A stretch of DNA of 64,000 bases from Basidiobolus meristosporus CBS 931.73 (lineage: Eukaryota > Fungi > Basidiobolomycota): the NCBI GenBank assembly GCA_002104905.1, contig MCFE01000305.1, positions 35,064-99,063 on the forward strand, given 5' to 3'. Below, in pieces: positions 49,266-60,674 of the stretch (position 1 is the stretch's first letter; each line of letters opens with the position of its first letter). The position numbers and the translations under genes were made by a program. The notes under the pieces were generated by a model, which saw only the letters and a program-made list of their open reading frames with translations, was not told the origin of the DNA and made no database searches.

Positions 49266-51525
49266 TGTTGTAAGATTTGGAATTATATGTTGATATTCAC
49301 CTAACTTAGTCACTTAGATCATTACCTACATATCTTATAGAATATTGACCAAATTCCTTTTTGGGATTTACTTGGAATATTTTCACCAAAATATCAGGTA
49401 CCCAGAGCATGAAAATTAGATAAGTTATCCAAGCAGCCCAAACTTTGCACACAGGCTCTTGGGACCTTCCTAAGCTTACTCCATGTGTTTGCTATGCCAA
49501 GATCATGTAAAAGTGCAAATACTACTTTTACATTCAATGAATCATTAAGTGAAAACCACATAATCTACTTGTTCTCCCAATCACTTCCAATATCTCAAAG
49601 ACTCTTACTACAGGTTATGAGCCCCAAGCTGTCACACTCTGCATTTTCTACTACTGCTATTACTGGAACTTTTCCCTCTGCTGAAAAGTTGGATAGATCT
49701 AAACACCAAGTGTGGTACTCAAACAATAACCAAGAGCCTGGAATTGCAAAATAGGTTGCTATTTGGAATCTTTGAGCTTCAAAAGGAGTAATACTGACCA
49801 TAGTATATACAAGAAGCCAGATAGAGCAAATTCAGTTCTATTAACTCTATATGTGGATGATCTTATTATAGCCAGCAATAATCTAGAAACATTGGAAGAG
49901 ACTAAATCCAGCATATCTCAAGAGTTTGAGATATGCAATCTAGGAGTACTCTGTTACTACTTGGGGATAAAGTTCTCCCTAGACAGAAGTACCCAGACTA
50001 TGACCCTAAGCCAATCCAAGTATATTCACAATAGACTAAAGAAGTACCAAATGAAAGACTGTAAACCAGCAGCTACCCCAATGGATACAAACCTTAACTT
50101 GGTCAAAACAACCAAATCAAGAGAGCTTGGTGCCATCTGAAATCCCTGAGCTTCCTTATCAATCTATGGTATGCAGTCTGATAAATTTCAGGCTTGAAAT
50201 ATGTCCATATATCTCATATTCAGTGGGAGTTGTCAGCCAGCATAATCAGAACTATGGATCTGATCATATTGCAGGGGTTAAGCAGATTTTTAGATACCTA
50301 AAAGGAACTGCTGATATGTGCTTAAGATACACTTATAAGGACTCAGAGCAGAATCATGTGGGATACTCTGATGCTGAATGGGGATGAAACTTTGAAGACA
50401 GAAGAACCACCACAGGTTACACCTTTCTGTACTGTAAAGGAGCAATTTCATAGAATTCAAGAAAGCAACCAACCATAGCACTTTCTGCCACAGAGGCAGA
50501 GTATATGGCAGCCTGTGAGGCTACAAAAAACACAATGCGGCTAAGAAAGTGTTTTAAAGATTTAGGCTTATGCCAAAAAACACCTGTTACTTTATTTCAA
50601 GATAATCAAGGATTTACACAGTTAGGTAGAAATCCAACTTTTCATGCTAGAAATAAGCACATAGATGTTAGACATCATTTCATACATAAAGCTATAGAGA
50701 CCAACTTAGTCAACTTGCCTTACTGTCCTATAGATGAGATGACTGCAGACATATTTATCAGACCATTAGCTAGAGACAAGTTTGAATATCTTAGGTCAGA
50801 GTAAGGACTAGTCAGTGTGAGCATTTAGTTGAGTGGGAGTGTTGTAAAAGTTTGTAATTTCACCTGAATACTTACCTAACTTAGTCACTTAGATCATTAC
50901 CATTAAGTCCTAGAGAATACTGACTAAATTCCTTGTTGGGATTTACTTAGAATATTTACCCAGAACATAAAGATTAGTTAAGTTGTCCAAGCTGTTGTAA
51001 GAGTCTTGGAGATATTGGAAGTGATTTGGAGAACAAGTAGATTATGTGGTTTTCACTTGATGATTTATTGAATGTAAAAGTAGTATTTATACTTTTACCT
51101 GGTCTTGGCATTACAAACACGTAGAATAGGTTAAGGAAGGTCCTAAGAACATGTGTGCAAAGTTTGGGGCTGTTTGGACAACTTATCAAATTTTCATGTT
51201 CTGGGTACCTGGTATTTTGGTGAAAATATTCCAAGTAAATCCCAACAAGGAATTTGGTCAGTATTCTCTGGGATTTGAAGGTGATGATCTAAGTGACTAA
51301 GTTAGGTGAATATTTAGGTGGAAATACAAATTTTTACAACACAAACAGCCCCAAACGTTGCACACATGTTCTTGGGACCTTCCTAAGCCTATTCTACATG
51401 TCTGCTATGCCAAGACCATGTAAAAGTATATATACTACTTTTACATTCAATGAATCATCAAGTGAAAACCACATAATCTACTTGTTCTCCCAATCACTTC
51501 CAATATCTCCAAGACTCTTACAGCA
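49266..51525 (+). mobile_element. Internally deleted Copia family B element
   Basis: 5' LTR 49266-49612 is followed by PBS GGTTATGAGCCCC. The gag start joins RT directly near 49715 (…HQVW|…KQ…RAWNC). LYVDDL and RNase H follow. PPT GAGTGGGAG precedes the 3' LTR from 50840 to 51525, which is interrupted by a solo LTR. Confidence 0.9.
50993..51341 (-). mobile_element. Solo family B LTR inserted in inverted orientation into the 3' LTR of a family B element
   Basis: 349-bp reverse-complement LTR. Flanks are CAAGC / CAAAC, and the empty site in other copies reads TCCAAACAGCC. Confidence 0.9.
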
Positions 51526-52420
51526 AAAACATTTCAGGAATGTTACTACTATTTGTTTATGTCAGGTACTAATATTCATTAGTATTTCTAATGTACCCAA
51601 TGTATCTCAGTCAAGTTATGTTTGACAGTGAAGCTGACTGTTGGTGACTTACACCAATTGTAGATGAGTATCAAGATTCTAATCCTTTGCTGTGAGAAAC
51701 ATATGTATGCTAACAGAATATTGCAATGCGGAGCAGATAATCATGTTGTTTGCAATGCATTGATAGCGTAAAGTCTAATCTTCAAGAGTATTTTTTACAT
51801 CAGTTACCCTTTGGTTGGTGTAACTTTGATAACAGTTCCACAGATAAGTTGCTAAAATAGAAATAACAAGATATAAGAATAAGGTAGTTGGAGCAATGGC
51901 ACTAGTATAGCACTTTCAAGAGTGTGTTGCAGATTTGTTTCAATAATCTAGATGCTTGCTACACTCAGCATACAAGTCATGATGTAATATGATTAGGTAT
52001 TGCATTCACCTACCTGAAACACACAATAGATCAAACGATCCGAAGTGGTGCCACAGCAGCCAGCTACTACGCAACTGTCCACTTGGAGGCCTCAAAGGCC
52101 CTCGCGGATATTTCAAGATTAGAGGGCAATGTGTCTTAGTTGGGAAAGGCAACATGGCCACCTCATCAAAACTACTGCCTAGAGTCTCAAGAACACCAAG
52201 GCACTGCAACAGGATTTGAAAGTAAATGAGGATATAAATATGGGAATTAAGCTGGGAAGGAGCGAAATTAGCTTTAATGAATTAACACAGATTTATTTCA
52301 TCCAAGTGCGGTCTCATCCAAATGTATATTCAGATGGTGTAAGCCTACGCGATCCCGATTCTGGCTTTTTGCATTTTACAGTTACATTGTATTAAATCGC
52401 TTTACTTTCTATCTTTCTTT

Positions 52421-53491
52421 CTAGTATTCTACATCAAGGACAATACGATAACGAGCTTTGCCTTGTTCCATGTGCTGCAGAGCTTCATTGACCTTGGACA
52501 ATGGGAAGTGCTCTACCATAGGCTTGATATTGTGCTTACCAGCAAACTCTAGTGCCTTCTTGATCACCTCTACGCCACCAATCAAGGAACCGGTTAGCTT
52601 GATTTCACTTGCAATGAAGTCAATTGGCTGGAAAGCCAGTTTCTCCGGAGGAACAGAGAGCAGGCAGATTTCACCACCAAAGTCCATCCACGAGAAAAAC
52701 TCGTTGTACTGCTCAGACTTGCAGTCAGCTGTGACAAATAAATAGTTGAGTGTGTGACGAATCCCGTCAACTTCCTCCTTCTTTGAGGTGTCAACAAAGA
52801 TCGAGGCACCCAAGTCAAGGCATTGCTGACGCTTGTTAGGGGATTGAGAGAATGCAACAACCTCCGCACCCAAAGCGTTGGCAAATTGAATGGCCAAATG
52901 ACCTAGGCCACCTATACCAACAACACCAACACGATCACCCTTCTTGACACCATCACGGAGCATAGGAGCAAAGACGGTGGTGCCAGCGCACATTAGAGGA
53001 GCGGCAATCTTGGGGTCAACGCTCTCTGGTAGCTTGAAAGCATATGCAGAATTGACTCGAATAGCCTCAGCATAACCGCCGTGACTCTGTTGGCCATCTT
53101 TGTAAAAACCGGCATAAGTAACCACCATCTCAGGGCAGTGAGGATCAAGTCCACGATTACAAGCATGGCACTCCTTGCTCAGACAGGCATTGACCTGGGC
53201 ACCAACCCCGACAATATCGCCTTCCTCAAGGTCCTTGACATCTGCTCCCTTGGTGATAACACGACCCACGATCTCGTGACCGACGATTGCGGGATAGGGA
53301 GTGGGGCAGATAGAGTTCTTCCACTCGTCCTTGAGAGTATGGAGATCGGAACCACAAATACCAGAATAATCGATCTTGATCTCTACGTCATTGGGGCCCA
53401 AAGGACGTGGAACGTAGCTCCAGGGCTCCACTTCGAGCCCGGCCTTCTTGGCAGCCCAGCCACGGATTTCGTGAATTTTGCCTTCAACCAT
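52421..53491 (-). CDS. Zn-dependent NADP(H) alcohol dehydrogenase (ADH6/cinnamyl-ADH family)
   Basis: GICGSDLH, GHEIVG, structural Zn cysteines CLSKECHAC...C, APLMCAGTT and GIGGLGH. Intact intronless ORF of 356 aa. Confidence 0.93.
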   Translation of the reverse strand: MVEGKIHEIRGWAAKKAGLEVEPWSYVPRPLGPNDVEIKIDYSGICGSDLHTLKDEWKNSICPTPYPAIVGHEIVGRVITKGADVKDLEEGDIVGVGAQVNACLSKECHACNRGLDPHCPEMVVTYAGFYKDGQQSHGGYAEAIRVNSAYAFKLPESVDPKIAAPLMCAGTTVFAPMLRDGVKKGDRVGVVGIGGLGHLAIQFANALGAEVVAFSQSPNKRQQCLDLGASIFVDTSKKEEVDGIRHTLNYLFVTADCKSEQYNEFFSWMDFGGEICLLSVPPEKLAFQPIDFIASEIKLTGSLIGGVEVIKKALEFAGKHNIKPMVEHFPLSKVNEALQHMEQGKARYRIVLDVEY

Positions 53492-54289
53492 GTTAATATT
53501 AAAAGCGATCAGCTATTTGCAAAAAGCAGTGTTGAGCTGTTACTTCCAAGAGTCTGCCTTTAAATACTGTGAATTAACGACCATTCATGATTGGCTCTTA
53601 ATTCTGCGGATCAGACAGAAAATCCTAGTCTTATTAGTAATGATGGTCATATTGACGTTCAATTTTCTATCAACAATATCTTCGATTATAGAAGTAGCTT
53701 TGTTTATTCATTTGCTCGGATGATTTTCGACGTTCTTTGCCCGCACATACATTTGTTGGCATCACCAAATTTGGATAGTTCCCTCTTTCTGGCCTATTCC
53801 ATTTATATCCATAGCATACATGAGCCATCCATCATGTGGCTAAGGTCGATTCGGACTGCCAAGTTGATGAACATCAAAGCTGAGGTGTGACAATGACTGC
53901 TAAGTTGATGAACATCGAAACTTAGGTTTGACAAGCTGGGTGTTGTACTCTCGAATTTAGAGCATATACATTGCCTCGGATTGCGCTACATCTTGCGTGG
54001 CGGATCCTATCATAAATGCCACCCAAAGATGGCCATGAAACTAGTGCAAAGGTGCATGGCTTTTCACCACCACCAGAGAGCCACACTTCGCCAGCTACCC
54101 TCTGCTAACACATGCTGTAATGTTGCAAGTTATGGTAGCCAGGGGTATCTATAGCTTAAGCGTTCAACTCAACGTGATTTGTGATGTTCAATTCAACATG
54201 ATTTTTGATAGCTCAATCCAAATCGGTTAGCACCTTGTTTCGTAGATAACCCCAACTTACGGAATAAGATCCGTTGTCCCACATTTCAT

Positions 54290-55415
54290 TACTACCCAAT
54301 GTCCGGTACCAATACCGTCAATCAGGATTGTCACTGATTGGATCCGCAGTGTGAAATCCGCAGCAACCCAGAGCACCAGCACCACAACTACTCCCATATA
54401 GGCTGAAAATTATCGAGGATGCTTCTGGCTCTAATCAGGAACACATTCGGTGCTCTTACCGTGGTCATCGTCTCTCTGTTCCTGCAACTTCCTACGCCCA
54501 AAGGCTCCCTCAAGGAAAAGATCCGGATAATCGATTTCCTTGGGATGGCACTGCTTCTAGGATTCATCATTACCCTCTTGTTGCCAAGTGAATGGGCTCC
54601 CCAAGAATCGTATCCCTGTACTGTGTTTCGGGGGCACTCTTGATTGGATTTATCGTGGTAAAATCCCGATTTGCAGCGGAACCAATCGTCCCGTGTTGGT
54701 TGTTTGGTAGGCGTAACCCGCTGTTCTCATTCATCACCCAGCCCTTCTTTGGCATGGCATTCTTTGGATTACTCTATTACATCCCACTGTACTTCCAGAT
54801 TGTCCGTGGGGATTCCGTCACCACCTCAGGCCTCGAGATGTTGCTCATGCTGCTTTCTACTTCGGAATTCAATATTACCTCTGGAGTCATCATTTCCAAG
54901 ACTGGTGTGACTGTTATCTGGTGTTGGGTCGGCTCAGCAATCATTACCATGGGTATGGGACTGTTGACCGTTTGGAATGCCAACACTGGGCATGGAGAAT
55001 AAATTGGCTTTTTGGTGATTGTGCGCACCGGAGCTGGCTGTGTTATCCAAATATTGATCCTAGCAGGCCAATCAGCGGTGTCTCATCAAGATATTGCCGT
55101 TGTTACAGCAATGTCGTCCTTCTTTGCTTGATTGGTGGAGTGCTGGGCATCGCCATTTTTGGCTCAGTCTTCAGCTACCAACTAATCACTGGATTGTCAA
55201 AGCTAAGCTACAATATCTCAATCAAGGAAGCAACCAACAGCTTCCAATTTATGGACAGACTACCAGCAGAAGAACAACTAGCCATAATGGGCATATATGT
55301 CCATGTCTTGCATACCATCTTCTTCATAGCTGTTGGGATGTCTGGGCTGGCATTCCTTCTCACCCTGGGAGTTATGTACGGCAAGATGCAGAAGCGTAAT
55401 TTGGCTTTTGCATAA
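54290..55415 (+). pseudogene. MFS drug:H+ antiporter (DHA2-like) pseudogene, frameshifted
   Basis: Homologous segments are split across frames (54419..54643, 54592..55002, 54921..55415): EKIRIIDFLG, EPIVPCWLF, LYYIPLYFQIVRGDS and LIGGVLGIAIFGSVF. There are premature stops and no clear N-terminal half. Confidence 0.8.
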
Positions 55416-55445
55416 AATGACCAATGTGCCCAATATATCTCAGTT

Positions 55446-55809
55446 GGGGTTAGGGTTCCAGTTCTTTATTGGTTTAATGCATATTATGATTGAATATAGC
55501 TGCTAAACAAGCAGATACTGATAGATGTAAAGCTAGTGAAAGCAAGAGTGATAGGGGGAATGATAATCACCTCAGGGTGAAGTCAGATCTTATAGGGCAT
55601 AAGCCCAAAAGCACCAAGAATAGCATGTCTGCAGCGGCATTCAGGCAGCTGAGGCACCAGGGAGGTAATGCACCAGACTGCAAACTTGTCAAGTTTAGTG
55701 CAGTCTCCAGAAGTAAGAGAGAGAAGTGGTAAGCCCAACTCCAGGACAGGGAAGACAAACTGCTCAAGTAGAAGAGGCAGCGGGGGGCTGAAGTTGTAGG
55801 AGGAGTAAC
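55446..55809 (-). mobile_element. Non-LTR retroelement 3' fragment, diverged relative (array copy A)
   Basis: Minus-strand peptide LLLEQFVFPVLELGL...KLDKF...GAFGLMPYKI is homologous to the 921-aa ORF C-terminus. It begins on + with GGGGTTAGGGTT followed by CTTTATT (AATAAA on the minus strand). Confidence 0.7.
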
Positions 55810-56656
55810 TGTTGTAAAAATTTGTATTTCCACCTAAATATTCACCTGACTTAGTCACTTAGATCATTACCTTCATATCCTAGAGAATACTGACCAAATT
55901 CCTTGTCAGGATTTACTTAGAATATTTACCCAGAACATGAAAATTCTCAAAATTGTCCAAACAGCCCCAAACTTTGCACACATGTTCTTGGGACCTTCCT
56001 TAGCCTATTTTACATGTTTGTAATGCCAAGACCAGGTAAAAGTATAAATACTACTTTTACATTCAATAAATCATCAAGTGAAAACCACTCAATCTACTTG
56101 TCCTCCCAATCACTTCCAATATCTCCAAGACACTTACAGCAGGTTATGAGCCCCAAGCTGTCACTCTCTGCAATGTCTACTACTGCTATTACTGGAATTT
56201 TTTCCTCTGCTGAAAAGTTGGATGGATCTAACTACCAAGTGTGGAAGGTGAAGATGAAGATGCTGCTAAAAGAAAGAGGCCTTTGGGATATTGTCATAGG
56301 AGAAGAATGCTCTCCTAAAAACGTGGGAGAGGAAGCCTCAAAGTACCAGAAGAAAGAACAAAATGCCTTTAACTGCATTTGCCTTAATGTTAAAGACAAA
56401 TTGCTAATTCAATGCTCAAGAGCAAAAATGGCAAAGAATGCCTGGAAGGCATTAGAAGACACCTACCAGTCATGTTCAGCTGCTAAGAAAATGTATCTGA
56501 GACAAAAATTCTTTACTACAAAGATGCTGCCAGGAGAAGAAATGAAAATTTATTTAATAGAGTTACCCTGCTGGTAGATGAGATGGAATCTGTGGACATA
56601 CCAACTACTGATGAGGATGTGATAGTTACTATCCTGAATAGCCTGACAGACAGATT
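55810..56656 (+). mobile_element. Copia family B 5' LTR, PBS and gag, truncated by the LINE array
   Basis: LTR 55810-56141, PBS GGTTATGAGCCCC and gag ORF (EKLDGSNYQVWKVKM...). The sequence ends abruptly at the LINE tail near 56657. Confidence 0.92.
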
Positions 56657-58711
56657 TTAGGGGTTAGGGGGAGGGAAAGTCACCAAGTTGGTGAAATCTT
56701 TATTTGAGTTAAGAACTAATTTAAGTACAAATAAAGAAGCCAATTAAGAGGTCTTGAACCTTTCTAATAAGTAATTTAATTTATGTTTTGCTTCATCTCT
56801 AATGTTTGTTTCAATAAAGTAAAGCCCATCAGGGGTAAATATAAAATTCAGGGGTTTTGGGGGAAGTATAAATTGTAGATGTTTTTGATCAATATAATCC
56901 AAGACTGGAACCCAGCCTGGGATTAGGTGTAGTAGGAAAGGTGTGTGGACCTGTAAGTAGCTCTGCCACATAGATCTTAGATGGTCCTGAGCCAGTAGTC
57001 TTGGTTTCTCAGCTTTTTGAAGTTTTGAAGCAAGCTCTGTTACTACAGCAGAGCCAACCAGGGTGTGCCGGCAAGAAGATTTCAGGGAGGAGTTAGATTG
57101 AAGCCATTGTTTGATGGAGGGGTTGTGTGATTTCTGAAGTCTGACAAGGAAGGAAGCACAGAGATAGACCATTTGGATTTGGTATGGGTAGAACCCAAAG
57201 GCTCCATTAGTTGCATGGATATAGGGAGATACTGGAAGATAAGGTACCAAGGATCTGATACACTGATGAAGAAATTTATCCAGGCGGTGTGGTGGTGTAT
57301 AGGTCCAAGGGAGAGATACGTCCAACACTTCTCAAGTGTTTTGTGTGTGGGGTGTTCACTGGGTGCGATAACCTCTGGCAAAAGCTTGCTAGGAATACTT
57401 GGGTTCTGTCTCTAATCTAATGTGAAGGGGAATAAAGCCACAAGCTTGTCAAGGGAAAACTATTGAGCTACAATCCCCAACTTAGTTGGCGTCTTAACAA
57501 AAGTATGTGCTGGGTTCAGCGTCCTTTGAGATGACAATGTACTAAAGCTTCCAAAGTCAAAACAACTGTAAACTCCACCAGCAGGGACTTGATAAGAATG
57601 CAGCTGTGGTCAATAGTTACAAAGACAGAAAAGTATCTTTGCCTGTACAAGAACAAACTTGGGAAAGAATCAAATATAATAAAAGATACCTACTCTGAGT
57701 ATTCCTCACAAGTAGTGCCTCCAAGGTCAGTTGGCTGTCAGCACGGTTTCCTGGGAGTGTCCTGTGGTCTAGGGTTGGAAGTTCAGGTAGCAGCAGGTAG
57801 CAGTGATCACACTAATCAACAAGTCGGTATATTGATAAAAGGGATGATGATTTATTGTTGAGGGATAGCCTCCCTTATATACTTTTCTTACTGGCTAAGT
57901 GATTACTAATCATGGTGTTCCAGAAGGTTCCGGATATCAATAGAAATCTTAATGACATCAGAATGACCTAAGAATGTTCTAAGTAGGTGCCGGAAGGTTC
58001 TAAGAGGCACAGCACATCCAACCAATCAGGAATCAGTATTCTGAAACCTGTGTAACATGGGGATACCATATATGGTATGGAAATGGTAGGGATGGTGACA
58101 CGGGTTGATCATGTGTCACGGGTACTGGCGCGGGTACTTGCCTAATATAGAAGCACTTGTAACTAGTAATCTTACATAAAGTGAGGGGTAACTTATGCAA
58201 TACGGTAAGCAGGTGTGATAGTCAACCAGCTTATGGGATAGTACTGATTGGGTAAGACAAATGGGATAAAACTAAAATGAGTGTAGTAGGGATATAGGGA
58301 AGTAGAAAATAAGGGAATGAGCACATCTGTCAGTGGGTGTCACTGTCACCCCACTACAGCGGTGAAGTTCTCTGGAGGTTAGGGGTATAATGTGGAGACC
58401 AAATTCAAGTACTGGCAGTACATACTGCTTCAGAAGTATAGGGATCTTTTGAATTGGAGTGTCTGGAGTGACTACTACCAGAAGCTTTTTGAGAGCCTGT
58501 TGGGCAAGATGGATCCTATTATTCAGGTGGAGCTTTGAGTCAATCCCATGATGACAAAGTGGCAGACCTAGATATATTGCAGTTTGTGGTGGCAGAATGC
58601 TAGTGTTCTGTATAGTTATAGTGCACCCAATTGGGACTGACTTGGAAATTGAGAGTGAGAGGTTGTTGGCAGCCAAGTACTTCTCAATGATGGCAGTGTC
58701 TGCTATGGGAT
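56657..58711 (-). mobile_element. Non-LTR retroelement, 5'-truncated (array copy B), interrupted by a Gypsy-type solo LTR
   Basis: ORF pieces 58272..58796 and 56744..57328 match the RT C-terminus of the 921-aa ORF. The tail on + is TTAGGGGTTAGGGGGAGGGAAAGTCACC. Confidence 0.92.
57288..58358 (-). mobile_element. 1071-bp solo LTR (Gypsy-type) with 4-bp TSD GCGG
   Basis: Ends are TGTGGTGG...CCACTACA. GCGG lies at 57284-57287 and 58359-58362, and the empty site in copies C and D is CAGGCGGTGAAG. The left end resembles the LTR at 20967. Confidence 0.88.
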
Positions 58712-60674
58712 TTAGGGTTAGGGGAGGGAAAGTCACCAAGTTGGTGAAATCTTTATTTGAGTTAAGAACTAATCTAAGTACAAATAAAGAAGCCAATTCA
58801 GAGGTCTAGAACCCCTCTAATAAGTAATCTAATTTATGTTTTGTTTCATCTCTAATGTTTGTTTCAATAAAGTAAAGCTCATCAGGGGTAAATATAAAAT
58901 TCAGGGGTTTTGGGGGGAGTACAAATTGTAGATGTTTCTGATCAATATAATCCAAGACTGGAACCCAGCCTGGGATTAGGTGCAGTAGGAAAGGTGTATG
59001 GACTTGTAAGTAGCTCTGCCACATAGATCTTAAATGGTCCTGAGCCAGTAGTCTTGGTTTCTCAGCTTTTTGAAGTTTTGAAGCAAGCTCTGTTACTACA
59101 GCAGAGCCAACCAGGGTGTGCCAGCAAGAAGATTTCAGGGAGGAGTCAGATTGAAGCCATTGTTGGATGGAGGGGTTATGTGACTTCTGAAGTTTGACTA
59201 GGAAGGAAGCACGGAGATAGATCATTTGGATTTGGTATGGGTAGAACCCAAAGGCTCCATTAGTTGCATGGATATAGGGAGATACTGGAAGATAAGGTAC
59301 CAAGGATCTGATACACTGATAGAGAAATTTATCCAGGCGGTGAAGTTCTCGGGAGGTTAGGGGTATAATGTGGAGACCAAATTCAAGTACTGGCAGCACA
59401 TACTGCTTCAGAAGTATAGGGATCTTTTGAATTGGAGTGTCTGGAGTGACTACTACCAGAAGCTTTTTGAGAGCCTGTTGGGCAAGACGGATCCTATTAT
59501 TCAGGTGGAGCTTGGAGTCAATCCCATGTTGACAAAACGGCAGACCTAGATATATTGCAGTTTGTTGTGGCAGAATGCTAGTGTTCTGTATAGTTGTAGT
59601 GCATCCTATTGGGACTGTCTTGGAAATTGAGAGTGAGAGGTTGTTGGCAGCCAAGTACTTCTCAATGATGGCAGTGTCTGCTATGGGATTAGGAGTAGCA
59701 ATCTTGATATCATCCGCATAGAGAGTTAGTAGTGGATAGGGAGAATCTGGTGAGGGGCCTTTTGGAAATAAAGGAAAGTCATGTAGGAATATCACAAATA
59801 ATAAGGGACCTAGTACAGATCCTTGGACTACTCCATTTGGAACCTCATAAGTCTCTGATGTACAACTTGGATGCAAAATTTTGGCTGAGTTCTCACAAAA
59901 TAGAGAACGTACAAGAAGGGTCATTGGTAGTGTGGTAACTGCTAATAGCTTTCTCCAAAGCAGAGCTCTGTCCACAGAGTCAAAGGCTTTAGTAATGTCA
60001 AACAGAATGGTTGGCAATGAGAATTGAAGTGAATGATCATGGCTTAGCACTACAGCCATATCCAAGGAGAGTTTGGGCAAGAAGCCAAACTGAGAAGGAA
60101 GGAATGGATATAGTTGAGATTGCAAGGATTTTGCTATTATAAGCTCAAAGATTTTCCGGCAGGTTGGTAGGAGTGAAACTGGCCGGTAAGAACCTGGGAG
60201 TGAGTGTTTCCCCTTCCCTTTGTATAAGGGTATTACATTTGCCTGTGACCAGGCCTTTGGGGTAGTCAATTGTTGGGCACAGATAGAGTAGAATGGGAGA
60301 AGTAAGTGACTCATTTTGGAGTAGCACACCCGGAGTAGATTGTAGGTAATCAAGTCATGTCCAGGTGCAGTATTTGCAGGAAGCTTCTTTAAAATTTTCT
60401 CCAGAAGCTTTGCTGAAACCAAAATTGGAGATGTTGTACTGCTAGATATGTCACCAGTATGGTAGAAAGGAGGAGTGGGATGCACGGTTGAATCAAAGAA
60501 TATAGGGGCCAGTTTGTCTGGTGATGGTATACTCCTTGCTTGGGGTCTCATGGCTTTGTATACTCTTGATATGGACCTTGTGGTGGCATTCATATTTACT
60601 AAGGGCAAGGTATCCATGATATGAGCCCATAATCTAGTATGCTCAGTGATCTGTAGTGACTTGGAGTAGGAGAT
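58712..60674 (-). mobile_element. Non-LTR retroelement, 5'-truncated (array copy C), RT ORF open
   Basis: ORF 58806..60617 (603 aa) carries YRPVSLL, FDITKAFDSVDR, GVVQGSVLGPLLF and YADDI. The tail on + is TTAGGGTTAGGGGAGGG. Confidence 0.95.

Noticed and set aside
40265-53940. Short tandem duplications (GTAAAGCCTGT x3 at about 40270; CTAGAGCATATACACTCA x2 at about 46710; ~41-bp x2 at about 53860; GGAACT x4 at about 44150)
   Set aside because: Ordinary slippage duplications in intergenic DNA with no further structure.
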